Source: Candidatus Bathyarchaeota archaeon | GTDB taxonomy: Archaea > Thermoproteota > Bathyarchaeia > TCS64 | Length of the DNA: 64,000 nt | Direction of reading: 5' to 3' | Assembly: GCA_963769425.1 (NCBI GenBank) | Contig: CAVYLP010000001.1 | Span: forward strand, 288,001-352,000 | In this document: positions 20,610 to 30,704 of the stretch, piece by piece | Position numbering within the stretch: the first letter of the stretch is position 1 | How the letters are laid out: each line of letters starts with the position of its first letter | The notes under the pieces: model-generated | Database searches by the model: none | What the model was told of the DNA's origin: nothing | What the model saw: only the letters and a program-made list of their open reading frames with translations | Program-made: the position numbers and the translations under genes

Positions 20610-21734
20610 TCAGTACGCGTACTCGATGAGCGCCTCGCGTATTGTGAGGAACTCCTCCTCATCGAGGCCCTCTAGGGCGGCGAGTTCATGTGGCATCGAT
20701 ATCGCCTTTGGCCCGCAGACCTTTGCACATATGCCGCACCCCTTGCAGTAGTCGTAGTCTACCTTGATAGTGTCGAAATCGATGGCTCCATCGGGGCAGA
20801 AGATGTGGCAGAGTTTGCAGTCCACACATTTGCTCTTGTCGATGACGGGTCGGAATGTTCTAGCGAAGCTCGTCTTGAAGCCGAAGTTCCTCTCACCCAC
20901 ATTAGGGCCGAACTCGATGAGGGCCGGCGCGATCTGTTCCCAAGTCGGCATCGCCTTCATTCTCTCCTCGTAGGTTGGGGCTTCGGCTACGGCTCGCTTG
21001 ATCTTGAGGTAGGACTCCTTGTCCCAAGGACCGGGCTTAGCTCCCCCTACTTTGGCACCTTCGCCGAGGTGCGATACTTTACTATACTGCTCGCACTCGG
21101 AAGCCTTGAGCGAGACATCAATCGACTCGGCTTCGTCGTATGCTCTCCTCACGGCGTCAACGGCTTCCCTCTGGTCCTCAGAAGATTCGAGGGAGTCGAT
21201 GACGTGTTCTAGTGTGACCAAGGGTTCCATCGACTTGGCGATGGCACCTATCATTCCGTATGCTATATTCTTGTCATACTTTTTTGCGCGCAGAGTGAAT
21301 ATTTTTCCATCCCAATCGTGGGCGCAGCCATACTTTTTGACCAGTCTGAGGATTACATCGGGTTTGAGCGACGTGTTGACCACGAGCGAGGCGTTCCTCT
21401 TCGCCCCGTCGAGAAGCAGCGCCCTCTGCGAGGTCGACTTAACGAGGAGGGACGAGTCGAGGACGGCAATCGTGTCGAATACGCTGCCGATGGGCTCAAC
21501 CTCCTCTGGCAGTATCATTTTGATCTTTGGGTTACCGAAGACGGCATAGTAGATGAAGGGCAGCTGAACCCTCTCAGGGCTGTCGTCGTATCTCATGTAG
21601 TAGAAGGCTTCTCTCCCCGCGGCTACGCCCGCCTGTGAAAGCGTCAGCGCTATCTGGGAAGAGTGAGCCGTGTTTATTACCCCCCGTCCGTGGATGGCCA
21701 GCCACGTCAGGCTCTCAAGCTCGGGTGAAGACAT
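20610..21734 (-). CDS. 2-oxoacid oxidoreductase gamma-delta fusion with 2x[4Fe-4S]
   Basis: IHGRG, YDDSPER, CVDCKLCHIFCPD, CKGCGICAKVC. Confidence 0.88.
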   Translation of the reverse strand: MSSPELESLTWLAIHGRGVINTAHSSQIALTLSQAGVAAGREAFYYMRYDDSPERVQLPFIYYAVFGNPKIKMILPEEVEPIGSVFDTIAVLDSSLLVKSTSQRALLLDGAKRNASLVVNTSLKPDVILRLVKKYGCAHDWDGKIFTLRAKKYDKNIAYGMIGAIAKSMEPLVTLEHVIDSLESSEDQREAVDAVRRAYDEAESIDVSLKASECEQYSKVSHLGEGAKVGGAKPGPWDKESYLKIKRAVAEAPTYEERMKAMPTWEQIAPALIEFGPNVGERNFGFKTSFARTFRPVIDKSKCVDCKLCHIFCPDGAIDFDTIKVDYDYCKGCGICAKVCGPKAISMPHELAALEGLDEEEFLTIREALIEYAY

Positions 21735-21964
21735 ACCACTCCCAGAGAGCTTTACGATGGGCTCTTTTAAGATATGTTGCGCTGGTGGGCATGATTCTCG
21801 ATTAGGAAATTTGGGGATCTTACAAAGAAGCGATTATTCTCTGCAACTGCTTGTAGAGATTTTTTTCGCCAGCTCTTGGACTACCTTATCGAAACCCATT
21901 GAGCCATTAAATGTGAAATTCTACAGTTTAAGAACTTCCGTTTACACTAAACAATCGACCCTTT

Positions 21965-22354
21965 ATGGATCAGACAATCGTTCACTTCGAGATACCCGCA
22001 AAGGACCTTGAAAAGCTCAAGGGATTCTACGAGAAAGTTTTCGGATGGAAGATAGTGAAGTCGCCTCCGATGGCGGAGATGGAATACTGGATCATCCAGA
22101 CGGTGCCTACAGACGATAAGGGCATGCTCCTCCGCCCCGGGGTTAATGGTGGCATGTACAAGAAGGAAATGGAAGGTGCAACCGCCGTAAACTACGTCGC
22201 TGTCGCCGATATAGACAAGGCGATCAAGGAGGCGAAGAGACTCGGTGCGAAGGTTGTCAGTGACAAGGCGGAGATACCTAAGATCGGATGGTTCGCGGTC
22301 CTCAGAGATCCCGAGGGCAACCCAATTGGAATGTTGCAGCCGGCTCCGATGTAA
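21965..22354 (+). CDS. VOC/glyoxalase family protein
   Basis: IVHFEIPA, FYEKVFGW, GVNGG, DPEGN. Confidence 0.9.
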   Translation: MDQTIVHFEIPAKDLEKLKGFYEKVFGWKIVKSPPMAEMEYWIIQTVPTDDKGMLLRPGVNGGMYKKEMEGATAVNYVAVADIDKAIKEAKRLGAKVVSDKAEIPKIGWFAVLRDPEGNPIGMLQPAPM

Positions 22355-22364
22355 TATCGCGCTG

Positions 22365-23087
22365 CTAGAATTTTTTGATTATCTCGAAAACTTGTTTGTA
22401 TAGATTTGTCCTAGTCAACTTGTCAGGTTGTCCTATGGATTCCTCAACTGAGGAGTCGAAGTCGATACAGCCTAAGTATCTGACACTCATTTTCCTCGTC
22501 TCCGCCTCGATATAGCCCGTGTGATCCATGGACATGTTCTCCAGTACGCCTATCGTTGGTACATGTTGGTCTTTGAGTAGGACGAGAAGTTTACGGACGG
22601 ACTCGTAGGCTAATCGACTCGGCGTTGTTACTACCAGGAACTCTATTCGGGGGATGAGTCGGATCATGTCGAGGGTGGCGTCTCCTATGCCGGGGGGCAT
22701 GTCTATGATAAGGTAGTCTAGGGTCTCCCAACGGGTTATAGCGAGTAGCTCGATTATGGCGTTGCTCGCATCAGCGCCGCGTAGGGGGACGGGCTCGTCG
22801 GTGCTGTAGTGGACTATGCTCATGTAGTGGAGGCCGTGGGCAAGGGGGGGAGTTATTCCCCTCTCCTCGTGTGGGACGAGGCCCTCGACGCCGAGGATGA
22901 CATGTGTGCTAGGGCTTGTAAAGTCTAGGTCAAGTAAGCCGACACTCCGCCCCTTGTCTCTAAGGGCCAGGGACAGGGCGACGGCGATCATGCTCTTGCC
23001 CACTCCCCCCTTCCCGCTGCTTACGGCAATAATCCGCTTGACTTTGTCGAATCTCTCGGGGATTATGGCGAGGCGGGGGTCGCTCAC
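22365..23087 (-). CDS. Mrp/NBP35 family ATPase
   Basis: SSGKGGVGKS, LDLD, LIIDMPPG, VTTP, ENM. Confidence 0.88.
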   Translation of the reverse strand: MSDPRLAIIPERFDKVKRIIAVSSGKGGVGKSMIAVALSLALRDKGRSVGLLDLDFTSPSTHVILGVEGLVPHEERGITPPLAHGLHYMSIVHYSTDEPVPLRGADASNAIIELLAITRWETLDYLIIDMPPGIGDATLDMIRLIPRIEFLVVTTPSRLAYESVRKLLVLLKDQHVPTIGVLENMSMDHTGYIEAETRKMSVRYLGCIDFDSSVEESIGQPDKLTRTNLYKQVFEIIKKF

Positions 23088-23488
23088 TCCTTCTTCCTCC
23101 CCTTCATGCTTGCGAGCCAGACACCGCGCCCCTCGGTTATCTCGAAGTCGGGGCTACCGCAGTTGGGGCACTTGAGGTAGACGTGTGCCATCTCGGGGAC
23201 GAAGTGGATTGCCTCGCCTGTTTCCTCGTCCAGCTTATTCGTCTCCAGCTTCCACTCGTGACCACACTTACGGCACTTGAAGGCGGCGGGAACCGTTTCT
23301 ATGACGAATTTGGTGTTTTTCATCCGTGGGGTCCGCATCTGGTCGAGGGCGAACTCGATGATTTCGTGCTCGATCTGCTGTAGTTCGCCGATGGCTATCC
23401 TGACCTCGGTTACCTCCTCCATGCCCTGATCCTCGGCGAACTTGTCGGCGGTTTTGATGATGCCCTCGGCTAGGGCCCACTCGTGCAT
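23084..23488 (-). CDS. hypA: Hydrogenase nickel incorporation protein HypA
   Basis: MHEWALA, IGELQQI, CRKC, CPNCGS, EGRGV. Confidence 0.95.
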   Translation of the reverse strand: MHEWALAEGIIKTADKFAEDQGMEEVTEVRIAIGELQQIEHEIIEFALDQMRTPRMKNTKFVIETVPAAFKCRKCGHEWKLETNKLDEETGEAIHFVPEMAHVYLKCPNCGSPDFEITEGRGVWLASMKGRKKE

Positions 23489-23614
23489 GGCTCACAGGAA
23501 ATACGCGAACCTAATAGATATTGCGTGCGCGTTTTCTAATCTAGTTAATCTTTGGGTTAAGCCTCATCTACGTGCGTAAACAGCGTTCTAAGAGTGCGTG
23601 GGATGAGTTGCCGA

Positions 23615-24007
23615 CTAGGAACTGGGCTTCGGCATCATGCCTCCTAACACTTCGGTTAGAGGCGGCATGCTGATCGGTTCATCTTCGACTATTAATCCGT
23701 TGGATAGACGGTAGTAGGTGATTACTCTGGCAGAGACTTCTTTTCCGCTGGTAGGGATGAAGTGCATGTTACCCCGAAACACTACCGAGTCGCCTTCGGC
23801 TACAAGGTTCGTGATTTCAAATTTGCGTATCGGTACGGCCGTCTTCAGGCCAGAAATCACGGCCTTGAAGCCATCACGGTTGGTGACACCCATGCTCGGG
23901 TTCGTGTAATTCGGCGCAAGTAATTCATCCATTACGCCGACTTTGCCTTCACCCAAAACTTCGGTGATAAAACGGCGGACCACCGCCTTATTCTTATCAA
24001 TGGACAT
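23615..24007 (-). CDS. SnoaL-like ester cyclase family protein
   Basis: NKAVVRRF, LVAEGDSV, YRLSNGLIVE. Confidence 0.85.
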   Translation of the reverse strand: MSIDKNKAVVRRFITEVLGEGKVGVMDELLAPNYTNPSMGVTNRDGFKAVISGLKTAVPIRKFEITNLVAEGDSVVFRGNMHFIPTSGKEVSARVITYYRLSNGLIVEDEPISMPPLTEVLGGMMPKPSS

Positions 24008-24211
24008 TTCGGATTCACCTATGCTTCGAAAACTTTCGTTTAATATAAACCGTGGTTACTTGGGTTTCGTCGCGCGTTTGCAATAATCTTTTCCTTACCT
24101 CCCCTTGTGGGTTACTCGGAGCTCAGGCTCACGAAGTTAATCCCCTACGTTCTATCCGCGCGGCATGTCTGAGGTATGAAGTTATTAGCATTCACCAATC
24201 TCATATTTGAC

Positions 24212-24835
24212 ATGGCTGAGTTGGACGATTTCAAGGAACTCAGGGAACGTGGGCTAGACCGTATACTGGGACTAAGTGACGGAATCTTCGCCTTCGCTAT
24301 TACCCTGATGGTTCTAGACCTCGTCGTTCCAGTAATCGGACAAGGAGATGTATCCTCTCTGCCAAGCCTGTTAGCCGGTGAGTCACTGGGCTTCATTAAC
24401 TACTTCCTGAGCTTCGTCATAATAGCCATCTGGTGGAACGCGCACCATCGTAACTTCGAGTACATCAACGGCTACGATGGGTTATTGAAGGTGCTGAACC
24501 TCATGGTTCTTCTTTCAATCACGCTGGTTCCATTCTTCACGAAGCTCCTTGATGTGTGGAACGCTGCGCCATTTGCTGTCGCTCTCTATGCTTTGAATCA
24601 GGGCTTAGCGGGTTTTTTCCTGTCTTTGACTTGGTGGCATGCGACGAGGAACCGTAGATTCGTTGATTCACATTTAGATCAGAGAGTTATTAAGAGAATT
24701 AGGATCTCTGGTTTCATTGCACCGATTGCCTTCTTCGTGTCGATTCCCCTAAGCTTCATCAGCGTGTTGCTTTGTTGGATCTCATGGTACGCTATGGTGC
24801 CGGCGACATTAATCATCAGGCTAAGGTACAGATAG
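24212..24835 (+). CDS. TMEM175 family (DUF1211) K+ channel-like protein
   Basis: RILGLSDGIFAFAITLMVL, SFVIIAIWWNAHH; ORF open from 24176. Confidence 0.88.
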   Translation: MAELDDFKELRERGLDRILGLSDGIFAFAITLMVLDLVVPVIGQGDVSSLPSLLAGESLGFINYFLSFVIIAIWWNAHHRNFEYINGYDGLLKVLNLMVLLSITLVPFFTKLLDVWNAAPFAVALYALNQGLAGFFLSLTWWHATRNRRFVDSHLDQRVIKRIRISGFIAPIAFFVSIPLSFISVLLCWISWYAMVPATLIIRLRYR

Positions 24836-24919
24836 GATGCCCGAGGCGCCTCAATGCACCATTAGATAACCTGCCCGCGCATGTTCTCCCCTAAGCTGCC
24901 TTCGTAACGTGTGCGCCAG

Positions 24920-25054
24920 TTATTTTACTTCCAATAGGTCATCAGTCGCCTTTTTGCCGCCTTTGGAAAGGAACGCTGAACACTTCTTCTTAGTCAGTGG
25001 TTTACTCTTTGTACATCTGCCACCCTCAAACCAGATGCAAATGTTACATGACAT
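24920..25054 (-). CDS. Small Cys-rich protein (44 aa), below the ORF-track cutoff
   Basis: Manual translation MSCNICIWFEGGRCTKSKPLTKKKCSAFLSKGGKKATDDLLEVK; GTGA upstream. Confidence 0.55.
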   Translation of the reverse strand: MSCNICIWFEGGRCTKSKPLTKKKCSAFLSKGGKKATDDLLEVK

Positions 25055-25240
25055 CCATATCACTCAGTCAATAGTGATCTAAACTCGCTGAGCAATAAAG
25101 CAGATATGAGCGTCTACAGTTTGCGCGCATTCAATAGCCTTATTCTGACTTCCACGGGTGGGCGAAGTGTCTCTAACGAGTCCCTGAAAAGGGCGCACGA
25201 TGTTTAAATCTCCATCAACATATCAACTGGTCGGATTAAT

Positions 25241-25591
25241 ATGTACATCAAGAAAGCAGCAGACCTTGAATGGAAAAAACCGCCAACCGGCTACTACCTG
25301 AGCGACGTAAGAGAAAAAATACTTTGGACCGATCCTAAAACGGGAGCCTTAGTCTCCTTAATGAAGTGGCCCCCAGGGCCGATCGATATGAAGCATAAGC
25401 ATCCTCACGCGAATCAGTGGAACTATATCCTGAGTGGAAAAATCAAGGAAAAAGATGGCCCTGTAGAGGACGCGGCTGGGGTGATGGGTTACTGCCCTAA
25501 AAGTGAGAGCCACGGTGGGACGATAGCTGTTGAAGAGTGCATCGTGTTATTCCACTGGGATGGGCCTAGGGACCCGGAGATAATCAAGTAG
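25241..25591 (+). CDS. Cupin domain protein
   Basis: HKHPHANQWNYILSG...P..ESHG. Confidence 0.8.
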   Translation: MYIKKAADLEWKKPPTGYYLSDVREKILWTDPKTGALVSLMKWPPGPIDMKHKHPHANQWNYILSGKIKEKDGPVEDAAGVMGYCPKSESHGGTIAVEECIVLFHWDGPRDPEIIK

Positions 25592-25755
25592 CTATTATAG
25601 TTGAATGCCTCGAAAAATCTTATCTCAAAGTTACTTTGGGTTAAGCCTCATCTTATATACAATAATCTTAACCTGAATTCCATCTGATAAACAAACATTT
25701 TATTAGATTTTTATATGATTGGTAATGCGTTAAGCGGTCAGCTTGCGCGCGCCCA

Positions 25756-26549
25756 TTACCTGAACCAGTCACTAGACGCAAGGAAGAAGTCATTCAGACT
25801 CTCATTCGGTACAGTAACGGTGATCGAGGACCCTGTAACTATCAATCTTAGCCACTATAATGGAGATAGCTGTAGGACATAGGCGTACCAACCTGAGCAG
25901 CTGAGCTTTCCACGTCTTTTGCTGCATACACCGGACCAAACATGCTGAGAGTATACCAGCCATTCTCAAGGTGAGAAGTGTGATAAATCCCCGTTTCCGT
26001 TACATTCGATGACCAGACCACTGGAGCCTGCCATATCACGCCACTGCTATGGTTTGTGTGGTATATCTCATTGACAGTCCCAACTCTCACCCAGGACTCG
26101 TTCTTCCAAGCGTCTCCCCTCTGTAACGTGAGGTTGATTGGGTACTTGCCAACAGAGTCTATGAATAGGTCAATGCTCACAGTTGAGCTGTTTCTCGGAA
26201 TGTAAAGTACACTAATTGTTTTCGTGTCATCGTAGGTGTCTGGGTAATTGTATTCGAAGTACATAGGGTAGGATGATACTAGTTGGACTCCTGATTGGTA
26301 GAGTCCGGGGCTGTAGTTTGGAGGTTTTAGCAGGTTGACGAGATTCTCGAATGTCGACAGTTGAAGTACTCGTTGGTTTAACGACTCTATCTCTGCGTCC
26401 TTCGTTTTCAACTCTGTGTTCTTGCTTTGGAGGTCGTTGTACTGTATCCACGTGAAGCCTGAGACGATCAAGAGTACTACCAGCATCACCGTGATGATGT
26501 TTGTATGTGTGTTTGGTTGATGTGTGCTAGTAGACAATCTAAGAACCAT
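25756..26549 (-). CDS. Hypothetical membrane-anchored protein, probable frameshift near 25853
   Basis: N-terminal TM and coiled coil; called ORF stops at 25848 but a shifted frame continues WLRLIVTG...DWFR to TAA at 25756. Confidence 0.6.
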
Positions 26550-26746
26550 TAGTGACTCTCATGTCACACCTTAAACGGGTTTCTCGCGTGTACACAAGCG
26601 AGGCAGCTTCTTAATCTCATCCTCACTTCCACCTGATACTAGGATAGATGTTTTATCGCTGACACCTCAAATCCTGGGACCTGCGCGTGCAAGACATCAT
26701 AAAGGGTTAAAGGATAGCTACGCGTAAAGAGAATCTGTAAATTCCT

Positions 26747-26977
26747 ATGTTCGGTCAGTTAGTCACCGATAGCATCAATGATGACTATGCGAGCACGCAT
26801 CCCCTATTACTAGTCTTAGTGATCGTCATACTAGTTGTTATTGTTATTCTATTGTACGTATTCAGGGAAAAGAGGAAAAAAAACAAGTATGAGCCAGAGA
26901 AGAAGCGCGACCCTGACGACCCTAATTTGGTATGGGGGCCTCTGAGCGGTGGTAAGCCCATTGGTCCGCCTAGCTAA
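26747..26977 (+). CDS. Small single-TM protein
   Basis: Strong hydrophobic helix followed by basic EKRKK. Confidence 0.6.
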   Translation: MFGQLVTDSINDDYASTHPLLLVLVIVILVVIVILLYVFREKRKKNKYEPEKKRDPDDPNLVWGPLSGGKPIGPPS

Positions 26978-27269
26978 GGTTAATGTGAAGTATTGTAGGG
27001 CCCTTTTCATAAAATTAACAGGCTAGAATGATCAAGCCTAACATTACGCCTAGGAACTTTATAGTAGATCCGCTTGTCCTCAATTCCACCAATACTCAAA
27101 CTGGATTCGGGTGGCTGAATTAGACGCAATAAATTAGTATATTTTGGCCTTTGTTTAAACTTAGCACATACAGTGCATTAAAATGCAAATAGGAGGGCGT
27201 AGAAGTCGCTATAGATGGCATATGGTACAATGGAACGCGCTTATACCCCGGCGGCTGTGATTGGTTTGC

Positions 27270-27431
27270 CCAGGTGGGAGCGGACGAAAGGTCGAAGCAG
27301 TGGAAGACCTGAAAGCCGCGGAGCCGTGAGGAGTGGGCTGCGAAGGAACTTGGCTGGCTTTGGCTAGTCGGGAAACCTGCACTCCCCAGTTGACAACGCC
27401 AAAGCGTGGTCAACGCGGTGACCTCGCCTGG
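27270..27431 (+). ncRNA. Candidate multi-stem structured RNA, family unknown
   Basis: Nested helices with G-U pairs and GNRA loops (detailed in findings). Confidence 0.45.
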
Positions 27432-27661
27432 ACACCCCCCGTATGCTCATGTGCATGTGGAGGTTCTAAAGCTACATTTCCAAAGATGGTTTAATGGAGT
27501 CGACTAACTGATGAAAATAAAAGATGTGAAAAAGGGCTATAGGTTATTGACCGAATCCGAGAAGCGGAACAATCAACTTCTAGAGGCGTTGAAGACGGTT
27601 CGCGGTACGAAGAAGTATTACCCACCAGTCGGGCGCGCGAATTAGCTGTTCTGTTGGCCAG

Positions 27662-27925
27662 TCATGGTCTGTGTTGAACGTTCTTTCGCCGTTCAGAGGC
27701 ACTTTCAACGTGTTCCAGAGCTTTCTTGTCTCTGAGTGCCTCGTGTTGGAGAACCTCGTTCAGCTTTTCTCTAATAATTGGATATGGGGTATCCGAAGCG
27801 AACGTGCCCACCTCGCGTATTCTCAAATATGTTCGTCCAACCTGCTCCATATCTTGACCGACACTGTCGTAAGAAGTCTCTAGTGCGATCTTCATAGTAC
27901 CGTCCATTTTTACAGGCTGCGGCAA
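27662..27925 (-). CDS. Hypothetical protein or gene remnant
   Basis: 87-aa ORF with no recognisable motif. Confidence 0.35.
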   Translation of the reverse strand: MPQPVKMDGTMKIALETSYDSVGQDMEQVGRTYLRIREVGTFASDTPYPIIREKLNEVLQHEALRDKKALEHVESASERRKNVQHRP

Positions 27926-28088
27926 CGTATTTTTTCGGACAGCTAATTCAGTGTTATCGACGAGTACTCGCCTCTTCTGGGACCCTATAAGACATCAACG
28001 CGAGTTTATTCAAGGTTCCTTTAGGCTACCCTCCGATTTGCACATACCGTTGGTCGTCTAGCGGTAAGATACTTAAACGGGTGTTCAG

Positions 28089-28529
28089 ATGCATTGGCGT
28101 TACCCATTGGACGCCTACCTAGCTGAGCTGGATAAAACCGGGATGTGCCTCATGATTTGGAAGGGGGGAGAGGTTGTCTTCAGCAGCCCGAGCAAGGGGA
28201 TTCGCCCCCACCTTGAAGCCATTGAGAGACTCGGCAAGGAGAAACTGGCTGGCTCGGTGATGGCGGATAAGATCGTGGGGAGGGCCGCTGCTTTACTGAT
28301 GCTTTACTCGGTTCCAATCGAGGTGCACGCGGGTGTCATCACAACGAAGGCGAAGGAGCTGCTGATGGTCAACGGGGTCAGGGTTTGTCCAGACGTGGAG
28401 GTCCCCGCGATCAAGGAGAAGGATGGGCGCATCTATTGCCCCTTCGAGGCGATGGTCCAGGGCATTACTGACCCCGAGGAAGCTTACCCGGCCATAGTCG
28501 CGAAGATGCGGGGAATGAATGGCTCTTAG
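28089..28529 (+). CDS. DUF1893 (TM1506-like) protein
   Basis: KGIRP, ADKIVGRAAA, CPFE. Confidence 0.88.
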   Translation: MHWRYPLDAYLAELDKTGMCLMIWKGGEVVFSSPSKGIRPHLEAIERLGKEKLAGSVMADKIVGRAAALLMLYSVPIEVHAGVITTKAKELLMVNGVRVCPDVEVPAIKEKDGRIYCPFEAMVQGITDPEEAYPAIVAKMRGMNGS

Positions 28530-28587
28530 TCAATAGATTTAAGAACGGTTTACGTGCAGTGTTTAGGATTCATCGCTGGTTCTTGCC

Positions 28588-29259
28588 ATGATGGACGAGG
28601 TTGAGAAGCTCGCCGAGGAGATTAGGGACAAGAAGCTTAGGGGGATGGTTCTCGAGCTTCTCAGGAAGCCGACCCTCGACCTTGACTACCCTTGTCTAAG
28701 CTTGGAGGAGTGTCCAGCGGGCGCGTTCCAGCACCACAGTTACAGCGGTGGGCTTCTCCAGCACACGATCGGCGTCACCAAGCTGAGCATCACGTTATGC
28801 GACCTCGTCGAGGGGGTCTACGGGGGGAAGGTTGACAGGGACACAGTCATCGCGGGGGCGCTCATCCACGACATCATGAAGACCTACACTTACGAGCCTC
28901 GGGGGGACGGGAGCTACATGAGCAGCCCACTGGGGGAGAAGGTCGACCACCTCACCCTCCTCGTCGCTGAGCTCTACAAGCGCGGCTTCCCCGTCGAGGT
29001 CATACACATCGCGGCTTCTCACCACGGTGACGTGAGCCCCGTCAAGCCCAAGACTATGGAGGCACTAATAGTGAGCATCGCGGACCTCGCCGACTCCGAG
29101 CTAAGCAGGAAGACGCTTCGGGCCGCCGAGTACCTCCTCAGGCAGATGGGGGAGAGCCAGCCGAAGCTCGGCTCCAGCAGAGAGGCGCTGGACCTCGTCC
29201 AGGCGAAGAGCAGGGAAGGCTGGGACGGCGTCAGGAAGCTCAGCAACGGAAAGAGCTGA
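28588..29259 (+). CDS. HD-domain phosphohydrolase, YhaM-like
   Basis: PAGAFQHHSYSGGLLQHT, LIHDIMK, SHHG, ADLAD. Confidence 0.85.
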   Translation: MMDEVEKLAEEIRDKKLRGMVLELLRKPTLDLDYPCLSLEECPAGAFQHHSYSGGLLQHTIGVTKLSITLCDLVEGVYGGKVDRDTVIAGALIHDIMKTYTYEPRGDGSYMSSPLGEKVDHLTLLVAELYKRGFPVEVIHIAASHHGDVSPVKPKTMEALIVSIADLADSELSRKTLRAAEYLLRQMGESQPKLGSSREALDLVQAKSREGWDGVRKLSNGKS

Positions 29260-29342
29260 GCAACTCGTTTTCGGGTATAGAAATTATCGCCCCATATCCG
29301 CTGCTCAAGGCTAAAATACCTAGTTCCCCCTGACTCAGCGTA

Positions 29343-30380
29343 GTGAGTCGAACGGCGATGAAGGTAGCGTTAATCGGCTTCGGCACCGTGGGCACAAACT
29401 TCGCTAGGGTCCTCCACGAGAAGAGGAGGATGCTCAAAGACAAGTACGGCTTCGAATGTGAAATCGTGGCGGTAAGTGATCTGCTTAGGGGATCTGTTCA
29501 CGACCCAAAGGGACTCGACATACCTGAGCTCCTCCGCCTCGTCAAGGAGACGAACAAGATTGAGGGCTACAAGGGCGGGACAAAGGGGCTCGACAGTATT
29601 AGGACTATTAAGGAGGTGGACGCCGACGTGGTCATCGAGGTCGCGTGGACGAACCTTGAGACTGGTGAGCCGGGGCTTACCCACATCAAGGAGGCGCTTA
29701 AGGCTAAGAGGCACGTCATCACGAGCAATAAGGGGCCCATCGCCCTCGCCTACCCGGAGCTGAAGCGGCTCGCCGACGAAAATGGTGTCCAGCTGAGATT
29801 CGAGTGCACCGTGATGAGTGGTACACCCACCATCATGTTGGGGATAGACGGCCTCGCGGGCCACGTCGTCAACGGTTTCCGTGGGATCCTCAACGGGACA
29901 ACGAACTATATACTCACGAATATGGAGAAGGGGGGCGCCTACTCGGACATCCTGAAGGAGGCTCAGAGGCTCGGATACGCGGAGGTTGAGCCTTCAGCCG
30001 ACGTCGAGGGGTGGGACGCCGTTGGGAAGACGGTCATCCTAGCTAACAGTGTCATGGGCGCGGAGCTCAGGCCCGGAGATGTTGAGAGGGAAGGTATCAC
30101 AAAGATCACGACTAAGGACATCGAGGCGGCGAAGAAGCAGGGGAAGAGGATCAAACTCATAGCCCACGCCTGGAGAGACGGCTCGAAGGTTAAGGCGAAG
30201 GTGTCACCCGAACTCGTGGAGCTTTCAGACCCACTCGCGAGCGTCTCGGGGACCACGAATGCACTCACATTCGAGACGGATGGCCTCGGGGCTGTAACGA
30301 TCATCGGTAAGGGGGCGGGCGGGATAGAGACTGGCCACGGTATCCTCACTGATCTACTAGCCATTCATAGGTCTCTCTGA
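29343..30380 (+). CDS. hom: Homoserine dehydrogenase
   Basis: GFGTVG, HVITSNKGP, GILNGTTNYIL, AQRLGYAE..P..DVEGWD, GKGAGG.ET. Confidence 0.95.
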   Translation: MSRTAMKVALIGFGTVGTNFARVLHEKRRMLKDKYGFECEIVAVSDLLRGSVHDPKGLDIPELLRLVKETNKIEGYKGGTKGLDSIRTIKEVDADVVIEVAWTNLETGEPGLTHIKEALKAKRHVITSNKGPIALAYPELKRLADENGVQLRFECTVMSGTPTIMLGIDGLAGHVVNGFRGILNGTTNYILTNMEKGGAYSDILKEAQRLGYAEVEPSADVEGWDAVGKTVILANSVMGAELRPGDVEREGITKITTKDIEAAKKQGKRIKLIAHAWRDGSKVKAKVSPELVELSDPLASVSGTTNALTFETDGLGAVTIIGKGAGGIETGHGILTDLLAIHRSL

Positions 30381-30450
30381 TTGGGGTCGAACAGGCACAT
30401 TCATTTATTATTTGAGAGACTCCAAACTCAAATAGCATAAATTTGGTGGT

Positions 30451-30612
30451 TGTGAAAAGGAGCGTTTTTCAAGACTCTCCCGTAAGTGGTAGCATAGTAC
30501 AACGATTCCTAGCCTCAGCCTCTGATAGGTTCAGCCGTCGATGAATGTGAAAAAAGGAGTTGTTTTCAAGACTCCCTTGTACCAGTAGCATAGTATAAGC
30601 AAAAAAAATTGC
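30451..30612 (+). repeat. Tandem pair of ~60-bp motifs (period ~97 bp); inverted homologue at 59285-59442
   Basis: TGAAAA(A)GGAG..TTTTCAAGACTC...GTAGCATAGTA occurs twice. Confidence 0.75.
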
Positions 30613-30704
30613 ATAATTTCTTAGATTTTTTATCTTGATTCTGCTGAGTGAATCGTGTTGTTGGAGTTATCGATAAGGCCTTAATTAGTAAACAATGTTG
30701 ACTT

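Noticed and set aside
116-23500. Numerous overlapping antisense and alternate-frame ORFs in the track (e.g. 10737-11489, 11604-12464)
   Set aside because: Shadow ORFs produced by the high GC3 of well-identified genes.
27436-27470. CCGTATGC...GCATGT..GGTTC resembling group II intron domain V
   Set aside because: Catalytic triad context and pairing are poor, and there is no domain VI or RT gene.
30451-30612. Possible CRISPR mini-array
   Set aside because: Only two long, diverged units with no canonical repeat termini and no cas operon; kept as an unexplained repeat.
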